DNA from: Ylistrum balloti | Lineage: Eukaryota | Assembly: GCF_031769215.1 (NCBI RefSeq) | Contig: NW_026781958.1 | Coordinates: 496,001-560,000 of the forward strand | DNA length: 64,000 bases | Direction of reading: 5' to 3' | Shown: piece after piece, positions 26,071 through 39,470 of the stretch | Layout of the letters: each line of letters starts with the position of its first letter | Position numbering within the stretch: position 1 is the stretch's first letter | The notes under the pieces: model-generated | What the model saw: the letters and a program-made list of their open reading frames with translations, nothing else | Databases searched by the model: none | What the model was told of the DNA's origin: nothing | Made by a program: the position numbers and the translations under genes

Positions 26071-27689
26071 TCATCCTCAAATCATCCGGTATTTTATAAC
26101 TTCGTGTTGGATACAGTCTAGCGGATGTTTGTTGTATCAACTCATCTGCACCTAAATATACTAAAACGAAAGATTTAACGGAAACAGATACTTATAACGG
26201 AAGAAACCACTTGCGGCGCGGAACTCGATGTACACACGGTATTCCATCTGTCGATATAGTCAATGATAGACATAAAACAAACCCTGAAATATGGATTTTT
26301 AAAAATGTTTTTGACTTGGTCCATCTTTTGGATGTCCTTTGCATTATTTGTTATCGCTCGAGCAGACTGATTTTTGCGAGAATACAACGTGCGAACCGTC
26401 GAATGAAAAGAATATGTTAAAATAATTCACGATCTTTACCCATGTAAAATGTAACCTGATTATTTCATACATAGCACCGTTAAACACGAAATTTAAATTA
26501 AATACGATAGAGTCCAACATTAAATTAAACTGTACCATCCAGCTGTTTCGTCCTTCTAGACTGGTCAGTGATGCCAAGGGCCTAAAGTTTGAAGCATAGG
26601 AGGCGGCGGGAGGATATTCAAAGTGATTGATAGAACTGTTAAAATCAAGGTACACTTGAATTCAATGAATTTCGTGATTTTGCGATGTCAAATAATTTTG
26701 GAAGAACATCAAGTACATGTGAACATTCTGAACCGTGCCACTATTGGATTGAATTCAGATAGGCAATTTACGGCAAATCTTGGGGACTGTCCACCAGCGG
26801 TGTCTACCACCTGCAATCTCGAAGATTGAACCTTACATTTTTTTAATGAGACATGAATCGAACAACTGCCAAGAATTGTACATAACAATAATATGCTAAT
26901 AACTACACTGAAACGTGTGCATTTCAGAAATAATTTGCCATTTCAAATGGGTGACCTTTATCCATTTTTCAAGGTCAGACTGGTGCTTTTTTATGTGGTA
27001 TAAGTTTCACTTTTGTCATAAAAGAATTGTTACTTACAATGGATATCATAAATTATTCATGTAAAATTTACACGCAGGCACGTCCCAATTGAGATTTCTG
27101 TCACCTCGTTCGTTCCACTTCTTTTGTGGGATGTTATAAAACAATTTACAACCACTAGGTCAAGGATCTTAAAAGCAGAGTTAGCTTACAAAATGTCTGT
27201 TAAAAAAACTCCTGTTCAACTTGGAACATCTCAGTTACAAAGTGGAAGTATTTTTTTTAAATTTGATTTGTATTTGGTTTGAACAGGTAACCAATAAGTC
27301 TTATAGAAACAATCTTTTATAATAATGTCATCAAAATCTGAAAATTCTCTACGATTCAGTAAGTGCGTTGACAGAGTTGGGAAGGATGTAGGATACAGTT
27401 TTCGTCTTCTCAAGTAAATTTGAAGTATTGAAAAAATATAAATATATCCACCATCTCGATGATTCTTACCGGAGAGAAAAAGGTAAGGTGCGGGGTATAT
27501 CGGGGTAAAGATGACTTCGAACTTTACTAACGAAACAGCAATATCAGAGTTCTCTCCATGTTTTTAGAATGCTTCACGACTGGGACCTAGACAGAAGGGG
27601 ACACGTGTAGATAGTTAATCATACCAAATGCGTATTCAATGACCTTCACTACAACAGAAAAGAAAATACCGATTTGTCAACAGTTTCCA

Positions 27690-27910
27690 TTTAAACTCAA
27701 AAGTCGATTAAACTAGGAAACAATATTAACAAACGAAAGATTCACAGGGAGACCCATGAAGAAGTTTAAGACCAGTGTTTCAGAAGAGTAAGCGTCTTCT
27801 GCTTCATCCACAACATCCGACATGTAAGTCTTGATGAATCCAAGCAAATAAGGTCACGTTTCCAAAATAAAAACAAGGTAAGCAACAACGGAACAAGCGG
27901 ACATACTAAC
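27690..27910 (+). mobile_element. Dispersed repeat family copy C
   Basis: TAAGACCAGTGTTTCAGAAGAGTAAGCGTCTTCTGCTTCATC at 27767, preceded by CTCAAAAGTCGATTAAACTAGG. Confidence 0.6.
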
Positions 27911-29897
27911 GAGCATAAAAAGCATCCACCTTAAAATCACACAATGAAATATTGACCAAGGAGATCAGTATGACGACCATAACCTTCAGCAATCTGTATA
28001 GATCTAAACTAATTATATCACAGTCACATCAGTATTTTCTGTTAAAGACAAACTGGATGGGAGAATGTTCTGAAACCGCAAGAAATATTCTTAATGATAC
28101 TCCAAGAATACTTGAAGACAAATTAAATTAGCTAACTAGGCCATTTTTAAATCGAGATGAAGGGTCCCATATACTTTCTCGCCGATTTGACTTTCAGAAG
28201 ATATTTAATACATTGCAAACAAACACTTATATGTTTGAAGTGTAACCGAATTGGTCGATATTTTACAATCTGATAGTCCTTTTGCACACGGTTTTAACGA
28301 AACGTTTTCATGCGCTTAAACGTTAGGCGAGAAGACCTGTCGATCTGATTGACATCTTACACACCTAACACCTCGGTGAACCTAGATCATGTCTGATGGA
28401 GGTGACGGAGTGTGAGTTGCTGAAACGTAACACACATTTCCTGCTAAAGCTGTTTGAAATTCTATTCACCCTTTTCCAAGGGACTTGTTGTCCAAATTAT
28501 TTATCTAATAATGAAAAAGACAATCTTGACAGAATGTTTTTGTTTTCTTGAAAAAATACAATCATATCTTTATATAAGGTGATACCCGAGTGAAAACAAC
28601 TAAAATAATCTCTCATTGACATCGATTCTCTCAGAAAATGTAATAACATAGTTCAGAAATTAAAAAGGTATTTTGAAGTTGTACTTAAAATTTTTTCTCT
28701 GAAAACCTGGACGGATGACTCTTGAAATAAATGACTGTGATTTATGACCGCTTTACAAGAATATATGTCGAATTTGAAGGAGAAATGCGATATTAAGTCT
28801 GTGTTACACTATCCTAATAAAATCACGTCGTATTTTAGTAAGAGACAGGGATGACTCATTTTTTTACCCCCTCAAAGAACGAAACCAAGGATTACGAAAC
28901 CTTGTGTAATTTATCATGTCTATAATAATATATTTCTTTCAAGAGAAAATCGAGTTAAGTTCAAATTAAAAAGTTCGACACCAACTTGTCGAGGTAGCGA
29001 TACGAGGACGTTTTCAGTATTACAACAACACAAAAGTTTATTGGAAGTTAAACAAATATACCCACACCTAGCAGAAAGTGTTTTGTATCATATCGGGTTT
29101 GTTATCCAAACAATGACTCTGGAAGAATAACAAACATCCGAAAGAAATACATTAAAACGGATACCGACTAATTGGGTATACTGAACTGTGAGACGTCATA
29201 CTTTCATATCCATCTGCATTAATAATCATTCATATATATATATATCTTGAAAATGATAAAACAATTTCACAAGACGAAAACGAAGATAATTCAGAATAGA
29301 AAAACTATTTTGAATCACCTCATCGTTTAATAAAACAACGCACTTAAAATTTATTTTAAGTGCGGGGTAAAACTGATGATTGACAAGAAAGCATGGTGAA
29401 TTAAGAAAGAAAAGGAACACACTGATTTTAAATAACTTACATGTTAGACTAAGACATCACGAAATCCGTGACGAGAATTATTGTCCTGGTTCAGTATTAG
29501 ATTTTATTAAACTGGTTAACAACAGACGGATAAAACACAGGAATTTCGACATTCTTCATAAAAATACAAAATATCACATAAAAACAAGAATGCGGAAAAA
29601 ACTAAAATGTATAATTATCGTCTGTCACGGTCGGTAAACTTCGGAACTGCAGTCCGTCTTCCAATGTGAAACACCGGCAGCGAAGGTGCAGACGACCTGA
29701 ATAACTTTCGTGCGTCAATGCTTGTCCTTCCCAAACCAGGCAGGAGAAGGGGGACCGCGTCTATCACTTACATTTTGTTGAATTTTCAAAGATCACATCG
29801 CTATGCAAGATTGTTTGAGCGTGAACGTTTTTCACTTTCATGGATGATTTGGAGCAAGAGCTTTTGAAAGAAAGCCAACTGGTCCTGCTGTGCTCTA

Positions 29898-29978
29898 CCC
29901 AATGATGAACCTTCGTGGATTACGAACTACAGAACGTGATTGCCATGGTAATGGTGTGTTGTAACCATCCTCTGATGG
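29898..29978 (+). ncRNA. Candidate box C/D snoRNA-like sequence
   Basis: Box C ATGATGA at 29902-29908, possible D' CAGA and C' GTGATTG, box D CTGA at 29972-29975, short CC/GG-type terminal pairing. No target identified. Confidence 0.25.
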
Positions 29979-30959
29979 ACTTTGACCCTTCATACGCCAC
30001 TCCAGTATTCAGTTGTAAATTGATATACACATATAATTGAAATTTAAAGAAATTCATAAACAGAATTTAGGTAAGAAATTAATGAAAAATGAGGGTAATG
30101 GGGTAAAGTTACCTCGGCCAACTTTAAAAAAAAAAAAAAAAATCCTGGGAAAGCATAGTGGGGTTCCCTACCAATGACGTTTCAGTACAATGATACATGT
30201 TTAAGTTGATATTTTGAATATCAAAATAATGTTACTGAAATAAATTCAGGATGTTGATTTATTTTCGGTCAACTTTTAACAGTTTTTTGTCCTGGTGGTA
30301 TATATTTACATAATTTTGTTTCAATAAAAAAACTATCTGTGCAAAAATGATCGATGACTGTTATAAATATATATCCACCCAAATAACTTACTCGTTTTTT
30401 ACATAGGTGGCCACAATACAATATATGGCTAAGAATAAGTATGCACAGAAATATTGTTTTACCAGGTATCAAATACACATTAAATTGTCAAAAAAATAAA
30501 CATGAAAACAAGTAATTGAACTGAGGTGGGAATGTCAACAAACTATCATTTTATATCTTACATACTTAATTGTGCTTGGGTATGTTGGAAAGAGAGATAA
30601 ATCTATTATCTAAGACCTTTCTTTCTAAAATGCTAAAAGCTGTGTGTTTTCAGTGTATCCATTAAATCTGATGTGATATACATTGTGGTTTGCACCTCAT
30701 GATTGACAAGGACAAGATCAGGTCTTAAACTCCATCAAGTCAAACAAGTAGAACAGGAAAGCCAAATCTGGTGAAAAAGTAGACAGAAGTGTGTCTGTTG
30801 ACTATATTTAGTGGGTTCCAGGCCTATCAAGGAAAACTTTTCAGGCGGCCAATTATTGTCACCCTCAAATTTCAGTTTTGAGAGTCATTCTTGCTGCTAT
30901 CCTTCTTCTTGCTTGAGAATGTGCCATTAATTTTCTAAATTTATCTAGATTTGCCTGGC

Positions 30960-31090
30960 TGCTATTGGCGGTGAAGCAGAAGACCGGTACTTCAGGAACA
31001 CCTGGTCTTTTAACATTTGCACTTTTTTTAATGATCTCTGCATGAATTTTGCCATCATTTCATGAATATTGATACTTTGCCTTCGTTTCC
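30960..31090 (-). mobile_element. Dispersed repeat family copy D (inverted)
   Basis: Reverse complement reads AAAGACCAGGTGTTCCTGAAGTACCGGTCTTCTGCTTCACC. Confidence 0.55.
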
Positions 31091-31147
31091 TATATGTTTG
31101 TTCTGATTTTGCTATAATATGCATGTTTAAAAAGAAATTCTAAAGAT

Positions 31148-31341
31148 GCCTTGTCAGCTTGACAATACAAAATATTCTCTAATAAAGATAAGTGTAGGTG
31201 TTGTTTAATAGTGCAGATAAAACCATGAGAAAATATGTCATATTTCTGCAGCCTTGTCAGCTTGACAATGCATAATATTTCCTTAAAGGTAAGTGTAGGT
31301 GTTGTTTAATAGTGCAGATAAAATAATGAGAAAAATACGTC
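31148..31341. repeat. Tandem duplication, 103-bp unit x~2
   Basis: GCCTTGTCAGCTTGACAAT...TAAGTGTAGGTGTTGTTTAATAGTGCAGATAAAA at 31148 and 31251. Confidence 0.85.
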
Positions 31342-32212
31342 ATAAATTAGAAATATCAGCCGATAATGGCCGTCTCAGTTTCTCTACAGCTATCTAGATT
31401 TTAGTTTTCATTATGCAGTGGGTTTAGGTACTTGTGATCATGTTATAATGATAGTGTTTAAAAGGCTACTGAATCAATTAAATGTATTATCCTGGTACAT
31501 TGTACCACCCAAAACTATTATCTTAAAGGACATACACAATAATTGCATGTAGTCATTGATCAGCGTGGGAGTACTGACTTTGTAATTACGCAACTTCAGT
31601 CAGATTTCTGGAACACACTACAGGATTTTTTTTTGTTTTGTTTGATGTCTAATTGGTGTCTGTTGTGGTCGTTATCATCTTATTTTGTCCAGGTAACAAT
31701 CTATGTTCATATTTAGTCAGAATGGTTTTCTGATCAATAGCAAGCAAGTTAATGCGTATGTAGACCATGACCTAACATCATCATATCAGCATGACACAGT
31801 TGCCATGATAAATATTAACAAAAAAACTGTTTGATAACTTGTTCATATGGTCCTTTCTTATTATTAATTAACTTCAAAATATACAGATGAAACTTTAACA
31901 TATGGTTTATTCATACCTTTCCCAAATTAGCTGACGTGATGATGATGTTATCAAAATCATTCATCTTGTCTGTGAAATCGATGCTTTCTTTTAATAGTTT
32001 AGTTGTTCCACAGTTAAGTCATGCAAAGCTGTTGCTATAGTGTTGCTATGCTGTTGCTATGCTGACAGCCATCAAATCATTCTGAAGGTGTTCTCTTATC
32101 AGAAATAACTTGTGTACATAGTTATCCACATACTGCAATAAACTAAACATTAATTCCTTTTTGTTATTTTATTAAATAATTTGTTGCTTTATTTTTCAAA
32201 AACAAAGCCAGC

Positions 32213-32312
32213 TTTTCCAGTTGCCAGACGTAAAACCATGGATACATGCCCAATGAGGTTTCCAGTTGCCAGACGTAAAACCATGGATACATGCCCAATG
32301 AGGTTTCCAGTT
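32213..32312. repeat. 45-bp near-perfect tandem duplication in probable NAA20 3' UTR
   Basis: TTGCCAGACGTAAAACCATGGATACATGCCCAATGAGGTTTCCAG at 32221 and 32266. Confidence 0.9.
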
Positions 32313-32989
32313 GAGTACTGTCACCTTGAACACACATTTTAATAATGTTTACAAAAAATATCCTTTACATCCTCTCACCAGTATGAACAGGAGATGGTAC
32401 ATGTCTCTCAAGCACTTCCAAAATTTTGAAAATACCGAGACAAGATTTCTTGCAATGGAAAAGATTTTTTTTTCGACTGTCCACACCTTAGTAATCAATT
32501 GATTTGCTTCATAGCAACAATACTGGTATTTAACATGTTGTTGCAGACATTAAGAAATTTATTTTCTGCACTTGCTGCAGTTATAACGAAAGTTTGTTTG
32601 ATTTTCAAAATTATTATTTTGTATGTAATTTTTTTGATTTTCTTAAGAATACATATTGCTCCAGTCCCGATTTTTGACTGATAGTAACAAGATTTCACAT
32701 TTATTAAACAGACTGAAAACTTTGAAAATCCTCTTAATTGGCTCATTTGTGTACTCATGGTACACAAAGACAGACAAGTGTTGCTTGTGTTTGCTTTCTT
32801 TAACTATATTTTACGAATTCATTGGCAGTTTTCTTAAGTCTCTGTCCATGTTTCCAGAAGCAAAGTGTTGAACCCCAAAAGACAGTTACTTCATCAGCAT
32901 GCTCATAAAACTGAGAGCGAGAACACAGGACGATAATACCACTATGGTAAACCAAAACATGTCTCCATGGTCATTCGTCTGGCTTATGT

Positions 32990-33075
32990 TCAATCCAACT
33001 CCTCCGGTCTAACTGGATGTGGAATCGGAACCATGGACTTTTTCTCTACATCCCGTGACAGAGCTTTCCTCATAT
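32990..33075 (-). CDS. NAA20: N-alpha-acetyltransferase 20, terminal coding exon
   Basis: Acceptor TACAG|AT; reads (D)MRKALSRDVEKKSMVPIPHPVRPEELD*, matching the NAA20 C-terminus DMRKALSRDxEKKSxxPxxHPVRPE; TGA at 32990-32992. Confidence 0.95.
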
Positions 33076-35084
33076 CTGTAACATAAAGACTCTAGGTAAG
33101 AAGAAATGTTGAACGTCATTATCTTACAACAATTAGAAAAGAAGCTAAATCATCTTCAAGTATATCTCCAAACTGGAATCGAAGCATGCAGGGGGTCTAA
33201 ATGTGGAATTAAACTAAATTACAAGTAGAAACCCATAGTGGTTGGGCAGTTGACTATGATTTCATAAATACCATTCTTATGTACTTTGAATGTCCTTTGT
33301 CATCATACATTATGACACAGATATATAACTATTGGATCCTGTACACTGTAAAAGATTCCTCATAACTTTATACCATAAGTTAGGCATGTTTTTATTGAGG
33401 AATGTTCCCTTGTGTGATTTTGACTTTTATTTAGAAATACATTCCTATTTGTACATGAGTTTATCTTAATTGCTAAAAAGTCCTTTTACCAGTATTGATG
33501 ACAGTCTTCAAGTCACAAATCCCCAGATGTAATAATTAAGGGAGATAACTCTAACTTGAAATGTGCATGTGTAGCTGACTCAAATTTTTTTAAATGATTT
33601 AATTTCATATCTACTCTTCACAATAGATAACAAAGAGTGTTCTAATAAAAGTACAATTAGGATATGAATGATATTCTTGCCAGTAATAAATATAGTTATA
33701 CCATTAATCTTGGAAATTCATTCAAGCGACCAATACCTTTATTAACTCGCTCCAGTAAACAGTTACAAGGGTGTCCCTCTCTAGCTTGATATATGATCTA
33801 CTAATATTGGAATTATTTCACCAATTTCCCATTTCAGCAAAAATGATATACGTGGGCTATTTTGTCCATTGAAATAAACACACATTTTCCGGTAAATGAA
33901 GACCTCTCTTTTATTGCTGTACTTGGAACATAAATTTTCAAGAAATTTTGTGGACAATCGTTATTTCCCATAAGTATTATGATATATGTGCTCTAGGTTC
34001 ATAAGTCTGAGGGAATCCTCCTCAACAACTCTAAATAGTTATGCATCCTTGAGACCATCATCATTCTGTCTCAATTTATGGCTTCAATAAAGTGACTAGG
34101 GGAGCATGGCGAAGGCAATCTAGCATAGAGAGAGGGAATGAAATTCATTGATTGTTACAACAATTAATGATCATACTCAGATTTCTTAGATTCCCTGTGT
34201 GTTGATAGGAACACATATCATTCCTCTGCTACCCAATAACCATAGATTTTGTTTTATAAAATTAATCACACACATGGAGGATCTTGAATGAGTTCAATAA
34301 TTTGATACCATTTTACTAACCTTAAGTCAGGCAGCATATGAAATTATTTAAAGTGTGTCAAATAGTTCTATATTACATGGAGAAAAGTGTTGAAGAATCT
34401 ATTTATCACAAACACACACACTACACTTTACTTTAAAGACAACTGCATTATCTTAAAATATCTGATATAAATACAGATCTGTTGATGTGCTGTTTTGATA
34501 CCAGTAGCTGAATTTTATCAATCTGCACCGGACAAAAATGTGATTTTCCTTCTGATAGTTGTTATTCTTGAAAGTGATGTCATGGCTGTAGGCACAGATG
34601 TTGCAAATTTTTTTTATTATTTCTTAAACTATCAGTGGTTTACCCAAGAAATGAAAATGACCAAACTTTGAATAGTCGTAACATCATTTATTCTTGTCAA
34701 CCATGTAAATTTCATAATGAATTTTCTTCCTTTTTCTATATCCATTGGTTCACTAATTAAACCCTTGATGAGAATGTTCTCAGCAGCATTCAACAGCATC
34801 TTGTACTTTTTTAACAACCTAACACATTATATGTTATATCAATATCATTTAAGATTTGTTGTAAAATATAATTAAATTGGAAAATGTTTGTAATGATAGC
34901 AAATTACAGCAATTAGTTTATTTCATCATGGTCTTCTGTTACTAAAGATGATAACAAAAATATTTCCAATATTCAAAGACTTCAATTCTTGTAATCAACG
35001 AAGGTTATACTTGTACGGGTCCCTTCTTTGTTTTTTTTTTTTTGTAAATATTGCATGTAACATTCATATGATGGGGGTACCTAA

Positions 35085-36476
35085 TCATTGTCCATTGGGT
35101 GACCTTTTTGACACTGTATGTAACAGGTATAAGATTAGGGTACCTGATCAGCGTCCATTGGGTGACCTTTTTGACACTGTATGTAACAGGTATAAGATTA
35201 GGGTACCTAATCAGTGTCCATTGGGTGACCTTTTTGACACTGTATGTAACAGGTATAAGATTAGGGTACCTGATCAGCGTCCATTGGGTGACCTTTTTGA
35301 CATTGTATGTAACAGGTATAAGATTAGGGTACCTAATCAGTGTCCATTGGGTGACCTTTTTGACATTGTATGTAACAGGTATAAGATTAGGGTACCTGAT
35401 CAGCGTCCATTGGGTGACCTTTTTGACACTGTATGTAACAGGTATAAGATTAGGGTACCTGATCAGCGTCCATTGGGTGACCTTTTTGACACTGTATGTA
35501 ACAGGTATAAGATTAGGGTACCTGATCAGCGTCCATTGGGTGACCTTTTTGACATTGTATGTAACAGGTATAAGATTAGGGTACCTAATCAGTGTCCATT
35601 GGGTGACCTTTTTGACATTGTATGTAACAGGTATAAGATTAGGGTACCTGATCAGTGTCCATTGGGTGACCTTTTTGACATTGTATGTAACAGGTATAAG
35701 ATTAGGGTACCTAATGTCCATTGGGTGACCTTTTTGACATTGTATGTAACAGGTATAAGATTAGGGTACCTGATCAGTGTCCATTGGGTGACCTTTTTGA
35801 CATTGTATGTAACAGGTATAAGATTAGGGTCAGTGTCCATTGGGTGACCTTTTTGACATTGTATGTAACAGGTATAGATCAGTGTCCACCTTTTTGACAT
35901 TGTATGTAACAGGTATAAGATTAGGGTACCTTTGGGTGACCTTTTTGACATGACACTGTATGTAACAGGTATAAGATTAGGGTACCTGATCAGCGTCCAT
36001 TGGGTGACCTTTTTGACACTGTATGTAACAGGTATAAGATTAGGGTACCTAATCAGTGTCCATTGGGTGACCTTTTTGACACTGTATGTAACAGGTATAA
36101 GATTAGGGTACCTGATCAGCGTCCATTGGGTGACCTTTTTGACATTGTATGTAACAGGTATAAGATTAGGGTACCTAATCAGTGTCCATTGGGTGACCTT
36201 TTTGACATTGTATGTAACAGGTATAAGATTAGGGTACCTAATCAGTGTCCATTGGGTGACCTTTTTGACACTGTATGTAACAGGTATAAGATTAGGGTAC
36301 CTGATCAGCGTCCATCGGGTGACCTTTTTGACATTGTATGTAACAGGTATAAGATTAGGGTACCTAATCAGCGTCCATTGGGTGACCTTTTTGACACTGT
36401 ATGTAACAGGTATAAGATTGGGGTACCTAATCTGTGTCCATTAGATGACCTGTTTTGACACTGTATGTAACAGGTA
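35085..36476. repeat. 63-bp minisatellite, ~22 copies
   Basis: GTCCATTGGGTGACCTTTTTGACACTGTATGTAACAGGTATAAGATTAGGGTACCTGATCAGC; 21-codon periodicity in the ORF track. Confidence 0.97.
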
Positions 36477-38526
36477 GATGATTGGCGTACCTATTGACTC
36501 CTACATGCCTTCAGTCCAGAGAAGACTGTGCAGCAAACTGCACTTAGATAATGCAATGTTTCATGTTAAGGGGTCATAAATCAAAGGATTTCTGTCCCAC
36601 CGACACTTGATTTGTACCAGATAAATGGTGGTGGGTATTGATCATGGAACACTGTATATCATACATGTAACACATCTCAGGTGCCAACCAAACTCCACCA
36701 ACCTTTCATTTCATTTTTCATTTTCTTTTTTCTCTCACATTTCTTTGCTATATCACTTCATTGTGTTTCAATATACAGATTAATTACAAAAAATAAATAA
36801 AAAGATATTGTAAACAAATAAAACATTAATCTGTACTACACAAAAATATCCCCGACAATGATAGAATTCTACACTGTAGCATGTAACAATCAATATAGTG
36901 GGTTATCACGTGCACGGCTTTATACAGTAAAACAAAATTAACAAAACTTCGAAAAAACGATCAGAAATCCCCTACAGTGATAAATCTGTATCATATACGT
37001 CATATCTATGAAATAATTAATTTCGAGTCTGTTATATATACTTCTGAGGTTGATAATGAGAGATATAGTATCAACTATAAATTAAAATACCCAATATAAA
37101 ATACAATTTCTGATTAAAAATCACCTGCGTACATCTATTTTGGGGGAATTGAACAGCCACTATGCATTGATATAACAGTTATTTTACATAAATCATATCA
37201 TAATAAAGCATTTCTAGATCAACTCTTGTTATATTGTTTCAATGAAGAAGATATTATTAATCGTCTCAAGGCTTCTAAGTACATTCACATTGAGATTAAT
37301 TTTCAGTGACCAAAATCTGATTATTTCCATTGATAGAAATCTTGCAGTAGGTTCATTTTGAGATGAATCATTATATCTGTGGGTGGTTTGTATTATGTAA
37401 CATATAATAGAGTTGTAAGCTGTGTGACTTCAAAGGTCTTTCTGATTTAAACAGTATCTTAATTTCAGTAATACATTGTGCCATTTTGATTACAAGCAAC
37501 AATGAACATCGTGCATTTTAAATAAGAACAGATGAACTTTTGGAATTGAATCATGCTTTGAAAGCATATTTATTTTCAATCACTTTTCCTGTGTTACTTG
37601 TAAATGTATCTAAATGCATTGAAATAACACATCAAATTAATGTCAATCATTCACTAAAATAAAAAAAGATGAATTCAATTTCAAGCTTGAATTCAGAGAA
37701 ATTGTCCTTTGAAGCTATATACGTTTCAATTTGTCACTTTTCTATACAATTTATCGGAATATGTGGGGAAAAAAGTCCACAATGAATACTGAATTGTTTT
37801 TCTGTCTGAAGTACTAGATGGCCAGGGTTGTAAAAAGCTTCATATAAAAGCGGATTATTTTGGTAATTTGCCGAGCTAAATGCCATTTTAATGGTCAATC
37901 TCTCCTCATTATCTGCTATATGATCAAGCTATCACAGAGTCCCTGTACCTAGTAATGTAATCACTTGGTTCCAGCATGAACACAAACATTAAACTCCAAT
38001 TCACAACGATTCGTTTGATCATATAGAGTCCTGCGTTTTTCATAGAGGTAATCAGCCATCATACAGACTACCTGCGTGTAATATGCATGGAGATTTGCAA
38101 TTTGATTTAATATACAATATCCATGTACTGTGTATATATACATATAAGTATGGATATGGATCCAGACAGGGATGGCGAATCAGAAAAATGAACATACAAA
38201 GGGAGAGATAATATTCATTTATCTGAAAACATGTATTCCTTCCTTACTACTCTGTTTCCATGTAATTTTTCATCCGATTTCAATTTGTTGTGTTAAATTA
38301 ATAATTAAATAATAATTAAATCAATAAATTAATACTGATTAAGCATAAATAAATACAATTTTACAACAAATTCAGGTCAACTTATATCAATCACTATTGC
38401 CGGCCCCAGTGTTGTACAAAAAAAAATGGACAACAAACAGGAAAACTTGGTTGCTCAGCAAATGACTTTATATCCTTTTTGTCCAATCAGAGAATCAAAC
38501 CACAGACGCCCAAATGAAGGTAAGTG

Positions 38527-39470
38527 TATTGTCTCTGTTTCTATGTATTGCCTCTGTTTCTATGTATTGCCACTGTTTTTATGTTATTGCCATGGTTTTT
38601 ATGTTATTGCCACTGTTTCTATGTGTTGCCACTGTTTCTATGTTATTGCCACTGTTTCTATGTATTGACATTGCTCCTGTGTATTGCCACTGTCTCTATG
38701 TTATTGCCATTGTTTCTATGTGTTGCCATTGTTTCTATGTGTTGCCACTGTTTCTATGAATTGCCACTGCTCCTGTGTATTGCCACTGCTTCTATGTATT
38801 GCCACTGTTTCTATGTATTGACACTGTCTCTATGTGTTGACATTGTCTCTATGTATTGCCACTGTTTCTATGTGTTGCCACTGTTTCTATGATATTGCCA
38901 CTGTTTCTATGTATTGCCACTGCTTCTTTGTTATTGCCACTGTTTCTATGTTATTGCCACTGTTTCTATGTATTGACACTGTCTCTATGTGTTGACATTG
39001 TCTCTATGTATTGCCACTGTTTCTATGTGTTGCCACTGTTTCTATGATATTGCCACTGTTTCTATGTATTGAGATTGCTCTTGTGTATTGCCACTGTTTC
39101 TATGTATTGCCACTGCTTCTTTGTTATTGCCACTGTTTCTATGTTATTGCCACTGTTTCTATGATATTGCCACTGTTTCTATGTTAGTGCCACTGTTTCT
39201 ATGTTATTGCCACTGTTTCTATGTATTGAGATTGCTCTTGTGTATTGCCACTGTTTCTATGTATTGCCACTGCTTCTGTGTTATTGCCACTGTTTCTATG
39301 TTAGTGCCACTGTTTCTATGTGTTGCCACTGTTTCTATGTATTGACACTGTCTCTTGTGTATTGCCACTGTTTCTATGTTATTGCCACTGTTTCTATGTA
39401 TTGCCACTGCTTCTGTGTTGTTGCCACTGTTTCTATGTTTTTGCCACTGTTTCTATGCATTACCACTAAT
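38527..39470. repeat. Degenerate 19-22-bp tandem repeat (ATTGCCACTGTTTCTATGT+GT/T)
   Basis: Dozens of TGCCACTGTTTCTATG copies; the Cys/Leu-rich ORFs here are artefacts. Confidence 0.95.

Noticed and set aside
31930-32070. GTGATGA...CTGA with GCTG/CAGC flanks (second C/D snoRNA?)
   Set aside because: Long (~140 nt), includes a GCTGTTGCTAT microsatellite, and has no clear internal boxes.
34948-36458. 299-aa and other ORFs with 21-aa repeats
   Set aside because: 63-bp satellite open in several frames on both strands.
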